From NCBI GenBank assembly GCA_017462345.1, contig JAFTRI010000019.1:27896-91895 (forward strand): a DNA stretch of 64,000 nucleotides, given 5' to 3'. Under the pieces are notes generated by a model, which made no database searches, was not told where the DNA came from, and saw only the letters and a program-made list of their open reading frames with translations. Shown here piece after piece: positions 1 to 8,541 of this stretch (position 1 is the first letter of the stretch; every line of letters starts with the position of its first letter). This DNA is from Muribaculaceae bacterium. GTDB lineage: Bacteria > Bacteroidota > Bacteroidia > Bacteroidales > Muribaculaceae. Made by a program: the position numbers and the translations under genes.

Positions 1-220
1 TATACACATCATGGCAGTGATATACGTGGAGCGTGATAGCCAGAAAGGCATAATCATAGGCAAAGGCGGTTCAAAGCTGAAACGGGTGGGAGTCGAGGCC
101 CGCAAGGATATAGAGACATTCTTCGGCAAGCGCGTCTATCTGGAGATGTTTGTCAAGGTTGAAGCCGATTGGCGCAACCGTGACAACAAGTTGCGGTCAT
201 TCGGCTATATTACCGATTAA
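1..220 (+). CDS. era: GTPase Era, C-terminal fragment (KH domain); the gene starts upstream of the window
   Basis: The reading frame is open from the window edge. The translation ...[30 protein letters not shown]...[11 protein letters not shown] matches the Era KH-domain C-terminus. Confidence 0.8.
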   Translation, partial: IHIMAVIYVERDSQKGIIIGKGGSKLKRVGVEARKDIETFFGKRVYLEMFVKVEADWRNRDNKLRSFGYITD

Positions 221-282
221 GGTTGCATTTGACGGATACACGGAATTTTGCTAATTTTGAAAATAAAACTTGATAGATAATT

Positions 283-1602
283 ATGGGACAGCTCGTAGCG
301 ATAGTGGGACGCCCCAATGTGGGAAAATCCACGCTTTTTAACCGTCTTACGCAGTCTCGTACGGCGATAGTTGACGAAACGGCCGGAACGACGCGTGACC
401 GCCAGTATGGTAAGGTTGACTGGAGCGGTAAGGAATTTTCGATTGTCGATACTGGTGGATGGGTAGTTAACTCCGAGGATATATTTGAGGGTGAAATTAA
501 CAAGCAGGTGGCTCTCGCCATTGAACAGGCCGATGAAATACTCTTTGTCGTTGATGCGATGAACGGTGTCACCGATCTTGACGATCATGTGGCGGAGATA
601 CTGCGTAAGTCCAAGAAACCGGTACTGCTTGTAGCCAACAAGGTCGATTCCAATGACTGGCTCTACAATGTTCCGGAATTCTATAGTCTTGGACTGGGTG
701 ATCCCTATCCGGTTTCAGCTGTGAGCGGTTTCGGGACAGGAGACCTTCTTGACGAGGTGGTGAAGAATTTGCCCGAAAAGGATGAGGACGAGGCTGCGGC
801 ACTCGAAAACATTCCCAAATTTGCGATAGTGGGACGTCCTAATGCCGGTAAATCGTCGCTGGTAAACGCTTTTATCGGAGAGGAACGCCACATAGTGACC
901 GATATTGCAGGAACAACACGTGACAGCATATACACGCGTTATAACAAGTATGGATTTGATTTCTATCTGGTCGACACGGCTGGAATACGCAAGAAAACGA
1001 AAGTCAACGAGGATATCGAGTACTACTCCGTGATACGCAGTATCCGGGCAATCGAGGCAGCCGATGTGTGTATCCTGATGATTGACGGTACACGCGGTAT
1101 TGAAGGGCAGGATTCCAACATCTTCTCGCTTGTACAGAAGAACAAGAAAGGGCTTGTCGTGTGTGTCAACAAGTGGGATCTTGTCGAGGACAAGTCCCAG
1201 GATGCAATACGGTGCTACGAAGAGGCGATACGCGAGCGTTTTGCCCCCTTTACCGATTTTCCTGTGATATTCACATCGGCGTTGACCAAACAGCGTATTT
1301 TTAAGGTGCTTGAAACTGCAGTCGAGGTTTACAAGAGCCGTCAGCGCATCGTGCCGACATCCCAGCTCAATAACGTGATGCTTGAAGCGATTGCCGCCTA
1401 TCCTCCTCCTGCCAACAAAGGAAAATACGTGAAGATCAAATATGTGACAATGCTGAAGGGTTCATATATCCCCACTTTTATTTTCTTCTGTAATCTTCCC
1501 CAATGGGTGAAAGAGCCGTATAGACGTTATCTTGAAAACAAGATACGTGAGAATTGGGATTTCCACGGTACCCCGATCAACATCTACATGCGCGAGAAAT
1601 AA
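283..1602 (+). CDS. der: ribosome-biogenesis GTPase Der (EngA)
   Basis: 439 aa with two tandem GTPase domains. P-loops are GRPNVGKST and [10 protein letters not shown]3 motifs are DTGG and DTAG, and G4 motifs are NKVD and NKWD. A KH-like C-terminus follows. Confidence 0.95.
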   Translation: MGQLVAIVGRPNVGKSTLFNRLTQSRTAIVDETAGTTRDRQYGKVDWSGKEFSIVDTGGWVVNSEDIFEGEINKQVALAIEQADEILFVVDAMNGVTDLDDHVAEILRKSKKPVLLVANKVDSNDWLYNVPEFYSLGLGDPYPVSAVSGFGTGDLLDEVVKNLPEKDEDEAAALENIPKFAIVGRPNAGKSSLVNAFIGEERHIVTDIAGTTRDSIYTRYNKYGFDFYLVDTAGIRKKTKVNEDIEYYSVIRSIRAIEAADVCILMIDGTRGIEGQDSNIFSLVQKNKKGLVVCVNKWDLVEDKSQDAIRCYEEAIRERFAPFTDFPVIFTSALTKQRIFKVLETAVEVYKSRQRIVPTSQLNNVMLEAIAAYPPPANKGKYVKIKYVTMLKGSYIPTFIFFCNLPQWVKEPYRRYLENKIRENWDFHGTPINIYMREK

Positions 1603-1616
1603 ATAGCATAGTATCA

Positions 1617-1650
1617 CAGAGGCATCCCGAATGAAGGATGCCTCTGTTGT
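1617..1650 (+). terminator. hairpin terminator after der
   Basis: Perfect 11-bp stem CAGAGGCATCC (1617-1627) / GGATGCCTCTG (1636-1646) with an 8-nt loop, followed by a T-rich tail (TTGTTCCTGTCTT). Confidence 0.6.
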
Positions 1651-1670
1651 TCCTGTCTTGTGAAATGCCA

Positions 1671-1759
1671 TTTTGCCCCTAATTTGAGACAAAAATTGCA
1701 TGTTTTTGCCCCTAATTTGAGACAAAAATTGCATGTTTTTGCCCCTAATTTGAGACAAA
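1671..1759. repeat. 33-bp direct tandem repeat, about 2.6 copies
   Basis: The unit GCCCCTAATTTGAGACAAAAATTGCATGTTTTT starts at 1675, 1708 and 1741. Copies 1 and 2 are identical, and copy 3 diverges after 19 nt. Confidence 0.95.
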
Positions 1760-1763
1760 GTGT

Positions 1764-1771
1764 TATATTTG
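1764..1771 (+). promoter_or_regulatory. Bacteroidota -7 promoter box (TAnnTTTG) for the AAA+ ATPase gene
   Basis: TATATTTG lies 27 nt upstream of the ATG at 1798 and directly after the tandem repeat. Confidence 0.5.
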
Positions 1772-1797
1772 TGACTGAAAATCAATATGATGGTTAT

Positions 1798-3156
1798 ATG
1801 TTTAGACGAGATGTGCAAGATGATTTGGAAAAATGGTTGCAAAAGCCGGGGCGTAAACCTCTTATCCTTCGGGGAGCGAGACAAGTGGGAAAGACAACTG
1901 CAGTAAACCAATTTGCCAAAAATTTCGAAAACTATCTGTATATAAATCTGGAAGATGATTTGGTTGCCGGTTTTTTTGACCACTTCCGTCCTGTCGATGA
2001 GTTATTGGTTAATCTGTTTGCATATTGCAATGTGAGACGTAAGGAAGGAAAGACGCTGCTTTTTATTGATGAAATACAGAATTCAAAAAAAGCAGTGGCG
2101 AGTTTGCGTTATTTCTATGAGGAGATGCCTGACTTGTATGTTATTGCTGCCGGGTCGTTATTGGAAAGTCTGATAGATGTGCATGTCTCATTTCCTGTGG
2201 GGAGGGTGGAGTATATGGCGGTACACCCGTGTTCTTTCAGGGAATATATGGTAGCAGAGGGGGAGTCTTTGTTAAGGGAACGGATTTCGTCCGATGTCGA
2301 AGCCTCGGTTGTGTTTCATGAAAAACTGATGAACATGTTTAACCGGTATACGTTGTTGGGTGGTATGCCGGAAGTTATAAAAACTTATACTGAAACGAAG
2401 GATATTGCCTCATTGGATTCCATATATGATGCATTATTGCAGGGTTATCGTGATGACGTGGAAAAGTATGCCAGAAATACAACACAGCGTGAGGTTATCC
2501 GGTATATACTTAATGCCGGGTGGGCGGAGACGGCGAAGTGTGTCACTCTTGGAGGATTTGCCGGTTCAAGTTACAAGTCCCGGGAAATGGGAGAAGCATT
2601 CCGTACATTGGAAAAAGCCCTGTTACTTGAACTTGTCTATCCTACAACTAATACAAGCATTCCTATTCAATCCGATATGCGGCGTGCACCCAAGCTGATA
2701 TGGCTGGATACAGGATTGGTGAACTATGCTTCAGGAATACAGAAAGAGGTATTCATGGCAAAGGATATTCAGGATTCATGGCGTGGTATGGTTGCCGAGC
2801 AGATTGTTGCTCAGGAATTACTTGCATTGTCCAACAAAGTCAGTACCCGACGCAATTTCTGGGTTAGGGCTAAAGCTGGGGCGTCGGCAGAGGTGGATTT
2901 TGTGATAAGCAGAAATTCCGGAATTATCCCGATAGAGGTAAAGTCCGGACACAATGCTCATCTTCGGTCGCTACATTCATTCGTAAATAATAGTGCTGAA
3001 TATGTCACCGCTGTAAGGGTATGGTCCCAACCGTTTTCGATAGATAAGCCCGTAACCAATTATGGGAAGAGGTTTACTCTGATTAATGTGCCGTTTTATA
3101 TGGTGGGGTGGTTGCCACAGATTATTGACAGATATAATGAGCCGAGTATTCAATAA
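1798..3156 (+). CDS. AAA+ ATPase with a DUF4143 / PD-(D/E)XK-like C-terminal domain (COG1373-type)
   Basis: Walker A is GARQVGKTT and Walker B is LLFIDEIQ. The C-terminal EVDFVI...IPIEVKSG is a restriction-endonuclease-like motif. I moved the start to MFRRDVQDDLEKWL (1798), because the ORF-track start at 1660 reads through the noncoding tandem repeat. Confidence 0.85.
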   Translation: MFRRDVQDDLEKWLQKPGRKPLILRGARQVGKTTAVNQFAKNFENYLYINLEDDLVAGFFDHFRPVDELLVNLFAYCNVRRKEGKTLLFIDEIQNSKKAVASLRYFYEEMPDLYVIAAGSLLESLIDVHVSFPVGRVEYMAVHPCSFREYMVAEGESLLRERISSDVEASVVFHEKLMNMFNRYTLLGGMPEVIKTYTETKDIASLDSIYDALLQGYRDDVEKYARNTTQREVIRYILNAGWAETAKCVTLGGFAGSSYKSREMGEAFRTLEKALLLELVYPTTNTSIPIQSDMRRAPKLIWLDTGLVNYASGIQKEVFMAKDIQDSWRGMVAEQIVAQELLALSNKVSTRRNFWVRAKAGASAEVDFVISRNSGIIPIEVKSGHNAHLRSLHSFVNNSAEYVTAVRVWSQPFSIDKPVTNYGKRFTLINVPFYMVGWLPQIIDRYNEPSIQ

Positions 3157-3465
3157 ATTGGATTAAATTCCTTATCTTTGAACAAAGAAACTTAATAGGG
3201 AACTGCTTATGTAGCATAGATGAATAAAGACATATAGATAAAAAGCGTTAGCTTATATTTCGGTTATCCAAAATCGCCAATTTTGAAAGTGCAACCTGAA
3301 GTAAAAGTTGATGCTCACGGTTTGTCCGTGGGCTTTTACTTGTTTGGTTGCAGCGTGTTTGGCGATACGTGGATAACAAATAAAGTTGGAGTCCACGTTT
3401 TTTATTGTCGTGAAGATTTTCTGATGGTCTGCTGTAGAAACTTTGTTTAACCAATATTTATTACA

Positions 3466-4167
3466 ATGAAAAAATTGATTTTGTTATTGCTTGTCCTTGT
3501 TGGAGGATATAGTGTGAGTGTTGCCGATGAATTACAGGAAGTCGTGTATCTGAAAAACGGAAGTATAGTGCGCGGTGTTATTATAGAGCAGATTCCCGGT
3601 GAATCGTTGAAAATACAGACAGCCGACGGGAGTATCTTTGCCTATAGGATATCAGAGGTAGAGAAGATGACAAAAGAGCCGGCTATCCGATCGTCAAAAC
3701 AGGAAATCAACAAACTTTCGGCAGGCTATAAAGGCTTTGTTGACTTTGGTTATATATTTGATTTGAGCGATTATGATGCCGGAAAGATTGAGTTTATGAC
3801 TTCTCACGGTTACCAGTTCAATCCTTATTTTTATCTCGGGGCAGGTGTGGGCTTGCATTATTATACAAGTGTCAAGGAACTGTGTGTCCCGTTGTTTGCA
3901 AACGTAAGAGCTAATCTGATGAAGGGAATGGTCTCGCCGTTTATCGATGGAAAAGTAGGTTATAGTCTGGGCGAGATTGACGGTTTTTATTTCAGCCCGA
4001 GTATCGGATGCCGCATTGCTGTCGCTGAACGTATAGGTATAAATCTGAGTTTGGGATATGTGATGCAGTGCGCTGATATATTTTATTATAATCTTTATTT
4101 TGGGACTTATGGGATCAAGACAGAAGTTGTTAGTGGTCTCAGCTTGAAAATCGGTGTTGATTTCTAA
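3466..4167 (+). CDS. hypothetical outer-membrane beta-barrel protein (signal peptide plus small N-terminal domain plus porin-like barrel)
   Basis: Signal peptide MKKLILLLLVLVGGYSVSVA, alternating hydrophobic beta-strand pattern rich in G/Y, and a terminal aromatic residue (…KIGVDF). The gene is low in GC. Confidence 0.65.
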   Translation: MKKLILLLLVLVGGYSVSVADELQEVVYLKNGSIVRGVIIEQIPGESLKIQTADGSIFAYRISEVEKMTKEPAIRSSKQEINKLSAGYKGFVDFGYIFDLSDYDAGKIEFMTSHGYQFNPYFYLGAGVGLHYYTSVKELCVPLFANVRANLMKGMVSPFIDGKVGYSLGEIDGFYFSPSIGCRIAVAERIGINLSLGYVMQCADIFYYNLYFGTYGIKTEVVSGLSLKIGVDF

Positions 4168-4188
4168 AAAAAACGGGATATATGGAAT

Positions 4189-4228
4189 AAGCAGGTGATT
4201 CAGCTGTGAATCACCTGCTTATTTTTTT
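4189..4228. terminator. bidirectional hairpin terminator between convergent genes
   Basis: Perfect 13-bp stem AAGCAGGTGATTC (4189-4201) / GAATCACCTGCTT (4208-4220). It is flanked by an A-run upstream and by ATTTTTTT downstream. Confidence 0.7.
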
Positions 4229-4244
4229 AGCCATGATTGGGATG

Positions 4245-5888
4245 TTATTTGGCGATAGCGGGTTGGATAACGCGCAGGCGGTCTCCGGTTTCTTTTACTA
4301 TCGTGCGGTAGTAATCCTCGTTATAGCCGGGGAATGAGGGATAGGCGGGAACGCCCTCGGGCGTGTATTCAAACTTACCGTCTTTCTCGCGTTTAACATT
4401 TCCGTCAAGATATTTTACCAGCAGATAGTCTCCAAGTTCCTTAAAACGTTTGGTTGACTTTTCAGCCCATGAATTTGTCAAGGCGGTGAGACGCTTACGC
4501 TGTTCGTCGGTTTTCATCTTGACAACCGTTTTTTCGGTCTCTTCAACATCGGCCGCTATTGCATCTTCAAGCCCGTTTTGCACTTTGCGTATATCGGGAA
4601 TCATTTGGGAATATCGGTGATAGGACTGGTTTGCCACATAGTTATGTACCCAGAACGCGGCATCCCATGAGATGTGGTACATGTCTCCGTTACCGTGGGC
4701 ATAGCAGTGGGGTGGTTCGCTCACACAGCAGTAGACAGGGACATACACGCATGTGTTGGCATCATCGACTCCAAACCACAATACACCTTTCATTGCTGCG
4801 GGAACATTGTCTCGTAATTGCGCCACAAATGAGAATCCTGTCTGCTGGGTGGCTATTGCCCGTTCGTGGGAATATTCTACGCCATCCACATTGTAGGTGA
4901 GAGGGCGCCATCGGTAAGGCGAAGTGTAGGCGCCGGCACCTATATCCTTGGTCATGTCCATCGGAGTGCCTTCAAAGTGGTCACGCATCATCCATTGCAT
5001 TTCGCGCACCGAGATTTTCCTGTCGGGTTTCACCCACAACGGCATCGGTTCTCCTTCACCTTTCAATATCCAAGGCAGGGATGTCTCCATCGCGTTGTTG
5101 AAACGGTTGAAATAAGCCCATACGCGTCCGTCGCAACCGCGCAGTGCACTGAAATCGGTTATGGCGTATGCCAGTGAGAAACTGAAATCTTCGTCTTTGC
5201 CGGAAAAATAGCCTTGACTCCTTGCAAAGTCGATAACGTCAGGGGAATAAAGGCAGTTCTCTTTGTCGTCCAAAGGGAATTGGTGAATGCGGGAATGGTT
5301 GGCATGTCCTGAAATGCAGTCATCAGGTACACGGCGGGCAACCCACACTGCTCCACGGCTTTTCCCTCCTTTGCCTATCAGCTCCATGAGCCATGCCTCT
5401 TTTCCGTCGGCGATGGAGAATGACTCGCCCGAGCTGGCATATCCGTAATCCTCTACAAGTCCTGTCATTACCTGTATTGCCTCGCGTGCGGTTTTGGCAC
5501 GTTGCAGGGTAATGTATATCAGAGAACCGTAATCGATAATGCCGGTAGTATCGACGAGTTCCTCACGTCCGCCCCAGGTGCTTTCCGATATGGCGAGCCC
5601 GTGTTCGTTCATGTTGCCGATGGTTGCGTAAGTATGGGACACCTCAGGTATCTCGCCAAGGTATTTTCCTGTATCCCACTCCACGACTTTACGCATTGTC
5701 CCCTTGGCATGGTCGGCGGCAGGCTGGTTGTACAGTTCGCCGTACAGGTTGTGGCTGTCGGCGGCGTAGGTTATCATTACACTGCCGTCGGCAGTTGCAT
5801 CGCGTCCTGCTATAAGGCTTGTGCAGGCATCAGCGGCCATATATCCAGTCAGGAACATGGCGGTGGCTATTGAAAATCTTTTCAGCAT
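4245..5888 (-). CDS. C69-family dipeptidase (secreted)
   Basis: A signal peptide is followed by the N-terminal nucleophile context AADACTSLIAGRDATADGSVM typical of peptidase family C69. I set the start at MLKRFSIATAMFL (5888). Confidence 0.88.
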   Translation of the reverse strand: MLKRFSIATAMFLTGYMAADACTSLIAGRDATADGSVMITYAADSHNLYGELYNQPAADHAKGTMRKVVEWDTGKYLGEIPEVSHTYATIGNMNEHGLAISESTWGGREELVDTTGIIDYGSLIYITLQRAKTAREAIQVMTGLVEDYGYASSGESFSIADGKEAWLMELIGKGGKSRGAVWVARRVPDDCISGHANHSRIHQFPLDDKENCLYSPDVIDFARSQGYFSGKDEDFSFSLAYAITDFSALRGCDGRVWAYFNRFNNAMETSLPWILKGEGEPMPLWVKPDRKISVREMQWMMRDHFEGTPMDMTKDIGAGAYTSPYRWRPLTYNVDGVEYSHERAIATQQTGFSFVAQLRDNVPAAMKGVLWFGVDDANTCVYVPVYCCVSEPPHCYAHGNGDMYHISWDAAFWVHNYVANQSYHRYSQMIPDIRKVQNGLEDAIAADVEETEKTVVKMKTDEQRKRLTALTNSWAEKSTKRFKELGDYLLVKYLDGNVKREKDGKFEYTPEGVPAYPSFPGYNEDYYRTIVKETGDRLRVIQPAIAK

Positions 5889-5960
5889 AGTCTGTTCGTT
5901 TTTATATCTTGACGTATTTATTGTTGTATGCAAAAGAATATTGTATCGGTTGTCATAGGC

Positions 5961-6692
5961 TCATTTACGGGTAAGACGGGCGAGATAGTCGTAGTGGATG
6001 CCTTGTGACAGGCGTTCGGCATGAAATCCGTTCTCTTCGGCATGGAACGACAGGCTGTCGAAGTCGATGTACAGCCAGTCAAACGTGTCACCGGTGATAT
6101 TTTTGTATTGCATTGTGAAATCGACTTCACCGTAGTAGTCGCCTGCAATGTCTATGTCGGCAACTCCATTCTCGTCCTCATAGAGATAGATCAGGTCGCT
6201 TGAGTCCATAAGTAACTGTCCCTCGGGAGCGAGTAACTCGTCTACTCGTCTGAAAAATTCCGGAAAACGTTCGGTTCTGCCCACTATTCCTGAACCGTTC
6301 ATCAGCATCAGGATGGTATCGAAATTCCCGTTTAATGCCGGGTCAAAGAAGTTTATCAGTCTCACATCCTTTACGCCCCGGCATTCCATAGCCTTGACCG
6401 ATAAGGGTGAAATGTCTATAGCACACACCTCTTTGCCTGCTTCCTGCAATGCAAGGGTGTGGCATCCGCTTCCGGCTCCCACGTCAAGAATGTGCCCGCA
6501 TGCTGTATCGAGCGCGAGACGTTCAATCTCAGGCATCTCGTCCTTGTCACGAAACAGCTCGGCTACCGGTATCTCATCCTCGTCAAACATTGATGAGAAC
6601 ACCCGCAGCCGTCCGGCAACACCGTTTTTGGTATAATCGGCAATTGCTTTGCCCATCGGGTCTTTGCGGGGGTCGAGGACACTTGTCGTCAT
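5961..6692 (-). CDS. class I SAM-dependent methyltransferase
   Basis: The SAM-binding motif I is ILDVGAGSGCHTLAL, followed by VCAIDISP. Confidence 0.85.
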   Translation of the reverse strand: MTTSVLDPRKDPMGKAIADYTKNGVAGRLRVFSSMFDEDEIPVAELFRDKDEMPEIERLALDTACGHILDVGAGSGCHTLALQEAGKEVCAIDISPLSVKAMECRGVKDVRLINFFDPALNGNFDTILMLMNGSGIVGRTERFPEFFRRVDELLAPEGQLLMDSSDLIYLYEDENGVADIDIAGDYYGEVDFTMQYKNITGDTFDWLYIDFDSLSFHAEENGFHAERLSQGIHYDYLARLTRK

Positions 6693-6701
6693 TCTTATGG
6701 T

Positions 6702-7253
6702 CTATAAGTCAAACGGTTCGATCTCGTCGAGTGACAGTCCGCGCCCGTCTTTCTCTGATAGGAGCAGATCTCCGGCCGGCAACTTCCAGTCTATTCCGAG
6801 TGCCGGGTCGTCGTAGCGCAGTGTCGCTTCGGCCTGGGGGGCATATACGTTGTCGACCTTATATTGGAACTGTGCTGTTTCACTCAATACGACAAAGCCG
6901 TGAGCCATCCCGCGGGGGATGAATAGTTGGCGGCCGTTCTCCTGGCTCAGTTCAACGGCGATGTGCTTGCCGTAGGTCGGTGAACCTTTCCGCAGGTCGA
7001 CTGCGACATCGATTACCCTTCCACTGGATACGCGTACGAGCTTGGCCTGGGACCATTCCCCTTTCTGGAAATGTAGTCCGCGAAGTACCCCGTAACTTGA
7101 CATCGATTCGTTGTCCTGAACAAATTCCACTTGACCCACGTGAGCCTGGAACTCCGCTTTCTTGAAGCTCTCCATGAAGTACCCGCGTGCGTCGCCGAAA
7201 CGCCGTGGTTCGATAATCCACACTCCTTTTATCTCTTGTTCGGTAAATTCCAT
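6702..7253 (-). CDS. rfbC: dTDP-4-dehydrorhamnose 3,5-epimerase
   Basis: 183 aa. The N-terminus is IKGVWIIEPRRFGDARGYFMESF and the protein contains RGLHFQ, a typical RmlC cupin signature. Confidence 0.93.
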   Translation of the reverse strand: MEFTEQEIKGVWIIEPRRFGDARGYFMESFKKAEFQAHVGQVEFVQDNESMSSYGVLRGLHFQKGEWSQAKLVRVSSGRVIDVAVDLRKGSPTYGKHIAVELSQENGRQLFIPRGMAHGFVVLSETAQFQYKVDNVYAPQAEATLRYDDPALGIDWKLPAGDLLLSEKDGRGLSLDEIEPFDL

Positions 7254-7332
7254 TGTAAATGACTTAAAAGACTGTTGTTATCGCAAATTTAGTAATTTTG
7301 CATCACAAAATCTTGATAAAACAGCTTGCGAC

Positions 7333-8532
7333 ATGAAAAATATAATTCTTTTTGACGATAGTATAGTGAGAGAGAACCTGTTGCCGCTCTCGTTCACGCG
7401 TCCTGTTGCGGATTTCCGCATCGGGATAACCACTATACGTGAGAAATGGCAACGTCATATACCGGGACGGTATTCCTATATGACCGTGGATTATCTTTCA
7501 GGCAAGTATCCGCTGATAACTGACGAAGACGGGGATAACATCTTTATTGCAGGAAATGTCTGCCCGTCACCGTTGCTTGTTGAGGCAGTGCTGGCAATGC
7601 CGTTGAGCGGTGCTGTCCTCGGCGATAAGGGATTGTTGGCTTTCCGTGGAACGGTCGAGGATTTTAATGCACGGATGTGGAATGAGGAGATCAGGATTTC
7701 ATCCTCTCCGGTGTCAGTCAATATGTTGTATGACCTGTTTGTCAATAACGGGCAGGTACTTGTCGACGACTATCGTGGTATTGTTGCCGGCCGCAAGAGT
7801 CTCACGTTGAGCCCTACCAATACTGTTGTCGGGGAGATGTTTTATCCCGACGGTACACCTAAGATATTTATTGAGGAGGGTGCTACGGTGGAGGCGGCTG
7901 TGCTGAATGTCAAGAACGGGCCTATATATATAGGGCGGAATGCCGAGATTATGGAGGGCAGTTGTGTCCGCGGACCTTTTGCCTTGTGTGAGCATGGTGT
8001 GGTAAACATGGGGACACGCATATACGGGGCAACAACTCTCGGACCCTGTTGTAAAGTGGGTGGGGAGTTGAATAATGTCGTTATGATGGGATATTCCAAT
8101 AAGGCTCATGACGGTTTTCTCGGGAATGCGGTAATCGGGGAATGGTGTAACCTTGGAGGGGGCACGGTCGCGTCCAATCTGAAAAATGATTATACCGAGA
8201 TAAAACTGTGGAACTACCGCGCTCACCGTTTCCTCCGTACCGGATTGCAGTTCTGCGGACTCATTATGGGTGACCATTCCAAGTCGGGAATAAACTGTAT
8301 GTTCAATACTGCGACGGTTCTCGGTGTAGGGGTCAATATACATGGTGCGGGTTTCCCCCGGAACTTCGTGGCATCGTTCAGTGAAGGCAGTTCTGCCGGA
8401 TTCTCGGATGTGCCATTGGCCAAGTTCTTTGATATTGCCCGGCGGGTGATGGCACGGCGTAATGTCTCTCTCACTGATGAGGACATCCGTATTTTCGAGT
8501 CTGTCTACGCCATAGCCGACAACTATAAGTAG
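7333..8532 (+). CDS. GlmU-family putative sugar-phosphate nucleotidyltransferase (left-handed beta-helix)
   Basis: The N-terminus MKNIILFDD...LLPLSFTRPVADFRIG is followed by hexapeptide-repeat-like stretches in the C-terminal half. I set the start at 7333, because the ORF-track start at 7162 overlaps rfbC on the opposite strand. Confidence 0.75.
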   Translation: MKNIILFDDSIVRENLLPLSFTRPVADFRIGITTIREKWQRHIPGRYSYMTVDYLSGKYPLITDEDGDNIFIAGNVCPSPLLVEAVLAMPLSGAVLGDKGLLAFRGTVEDFNARMWNEEIRISSSPVSVNMLYDLFVNNGQVLVDDYRGIVAGRKSLTLSPTNTVVGEMFYPDGTPKIFIEEGATVEAAVLNVKNGPIYIGRNAEIMEGSCVRGPFALCEHGVVNMGTRIYGATTLGPCCKVGGELNNVVMMGYSNKAHDGFLGNAVIGEWCNLGGGTVASNLKNDYTEIKLWNYRAHRFLRTGLQFCGLIMGDHSKSGINCMFNTATVLGVGVNIHGAGFPRNFVASFSEGSSAGFSDVPLAKFFDIARRVMARRNVSLTDEDIRIFESVYAIADNYK

Positions 8533-8541
8533 GGGGAATCG

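Noticed and set aside
1671-1759. Could the 33-bp repeats be a mini CRISPR array?
   Set aside because: The copies are directly adjacent with no spacers, and there are no cas genes anywhere in the window.
1660-1797. The ORF-track N-terminal extension of the AAA+ ATPase encodes FAPNLRQKLHV three times.
   Set aside because: This is the 33-bp tandem DNA repeat read in frame. A perfect -7 promoter box lies downstream of it, and the conserved ATPase N-terminus starts at the ATG at 1798, so I treat the repeat as noncoding.
3248-3454. A 68-aa minus-strand ORF lies in the gap before the OMP gene.
   Set aside because: It has no promoter box or conserved-looking sequence and is basic and low-complexity. 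It overlaps the candidate plus-strand hairpin terminator.
7162-7332. The ORF track gives upstream extensions for several genes: 7162, 27902-29185, 37403-38641, 43195-43845, 44038-44406, 58368 and 4245-5933.
   Set aside because: The extensions overlap neighbouring genes or promoter boxes and lack signal or conserved N-terminal sequence. Internal ATGs give canonical N-termini (MKNIILFDD, MEHQELIF, MRYFISAGEASGD, MKKFLLIAC, MEKILAEN, MTKADIVNE, MLKRFSIATAMFL).
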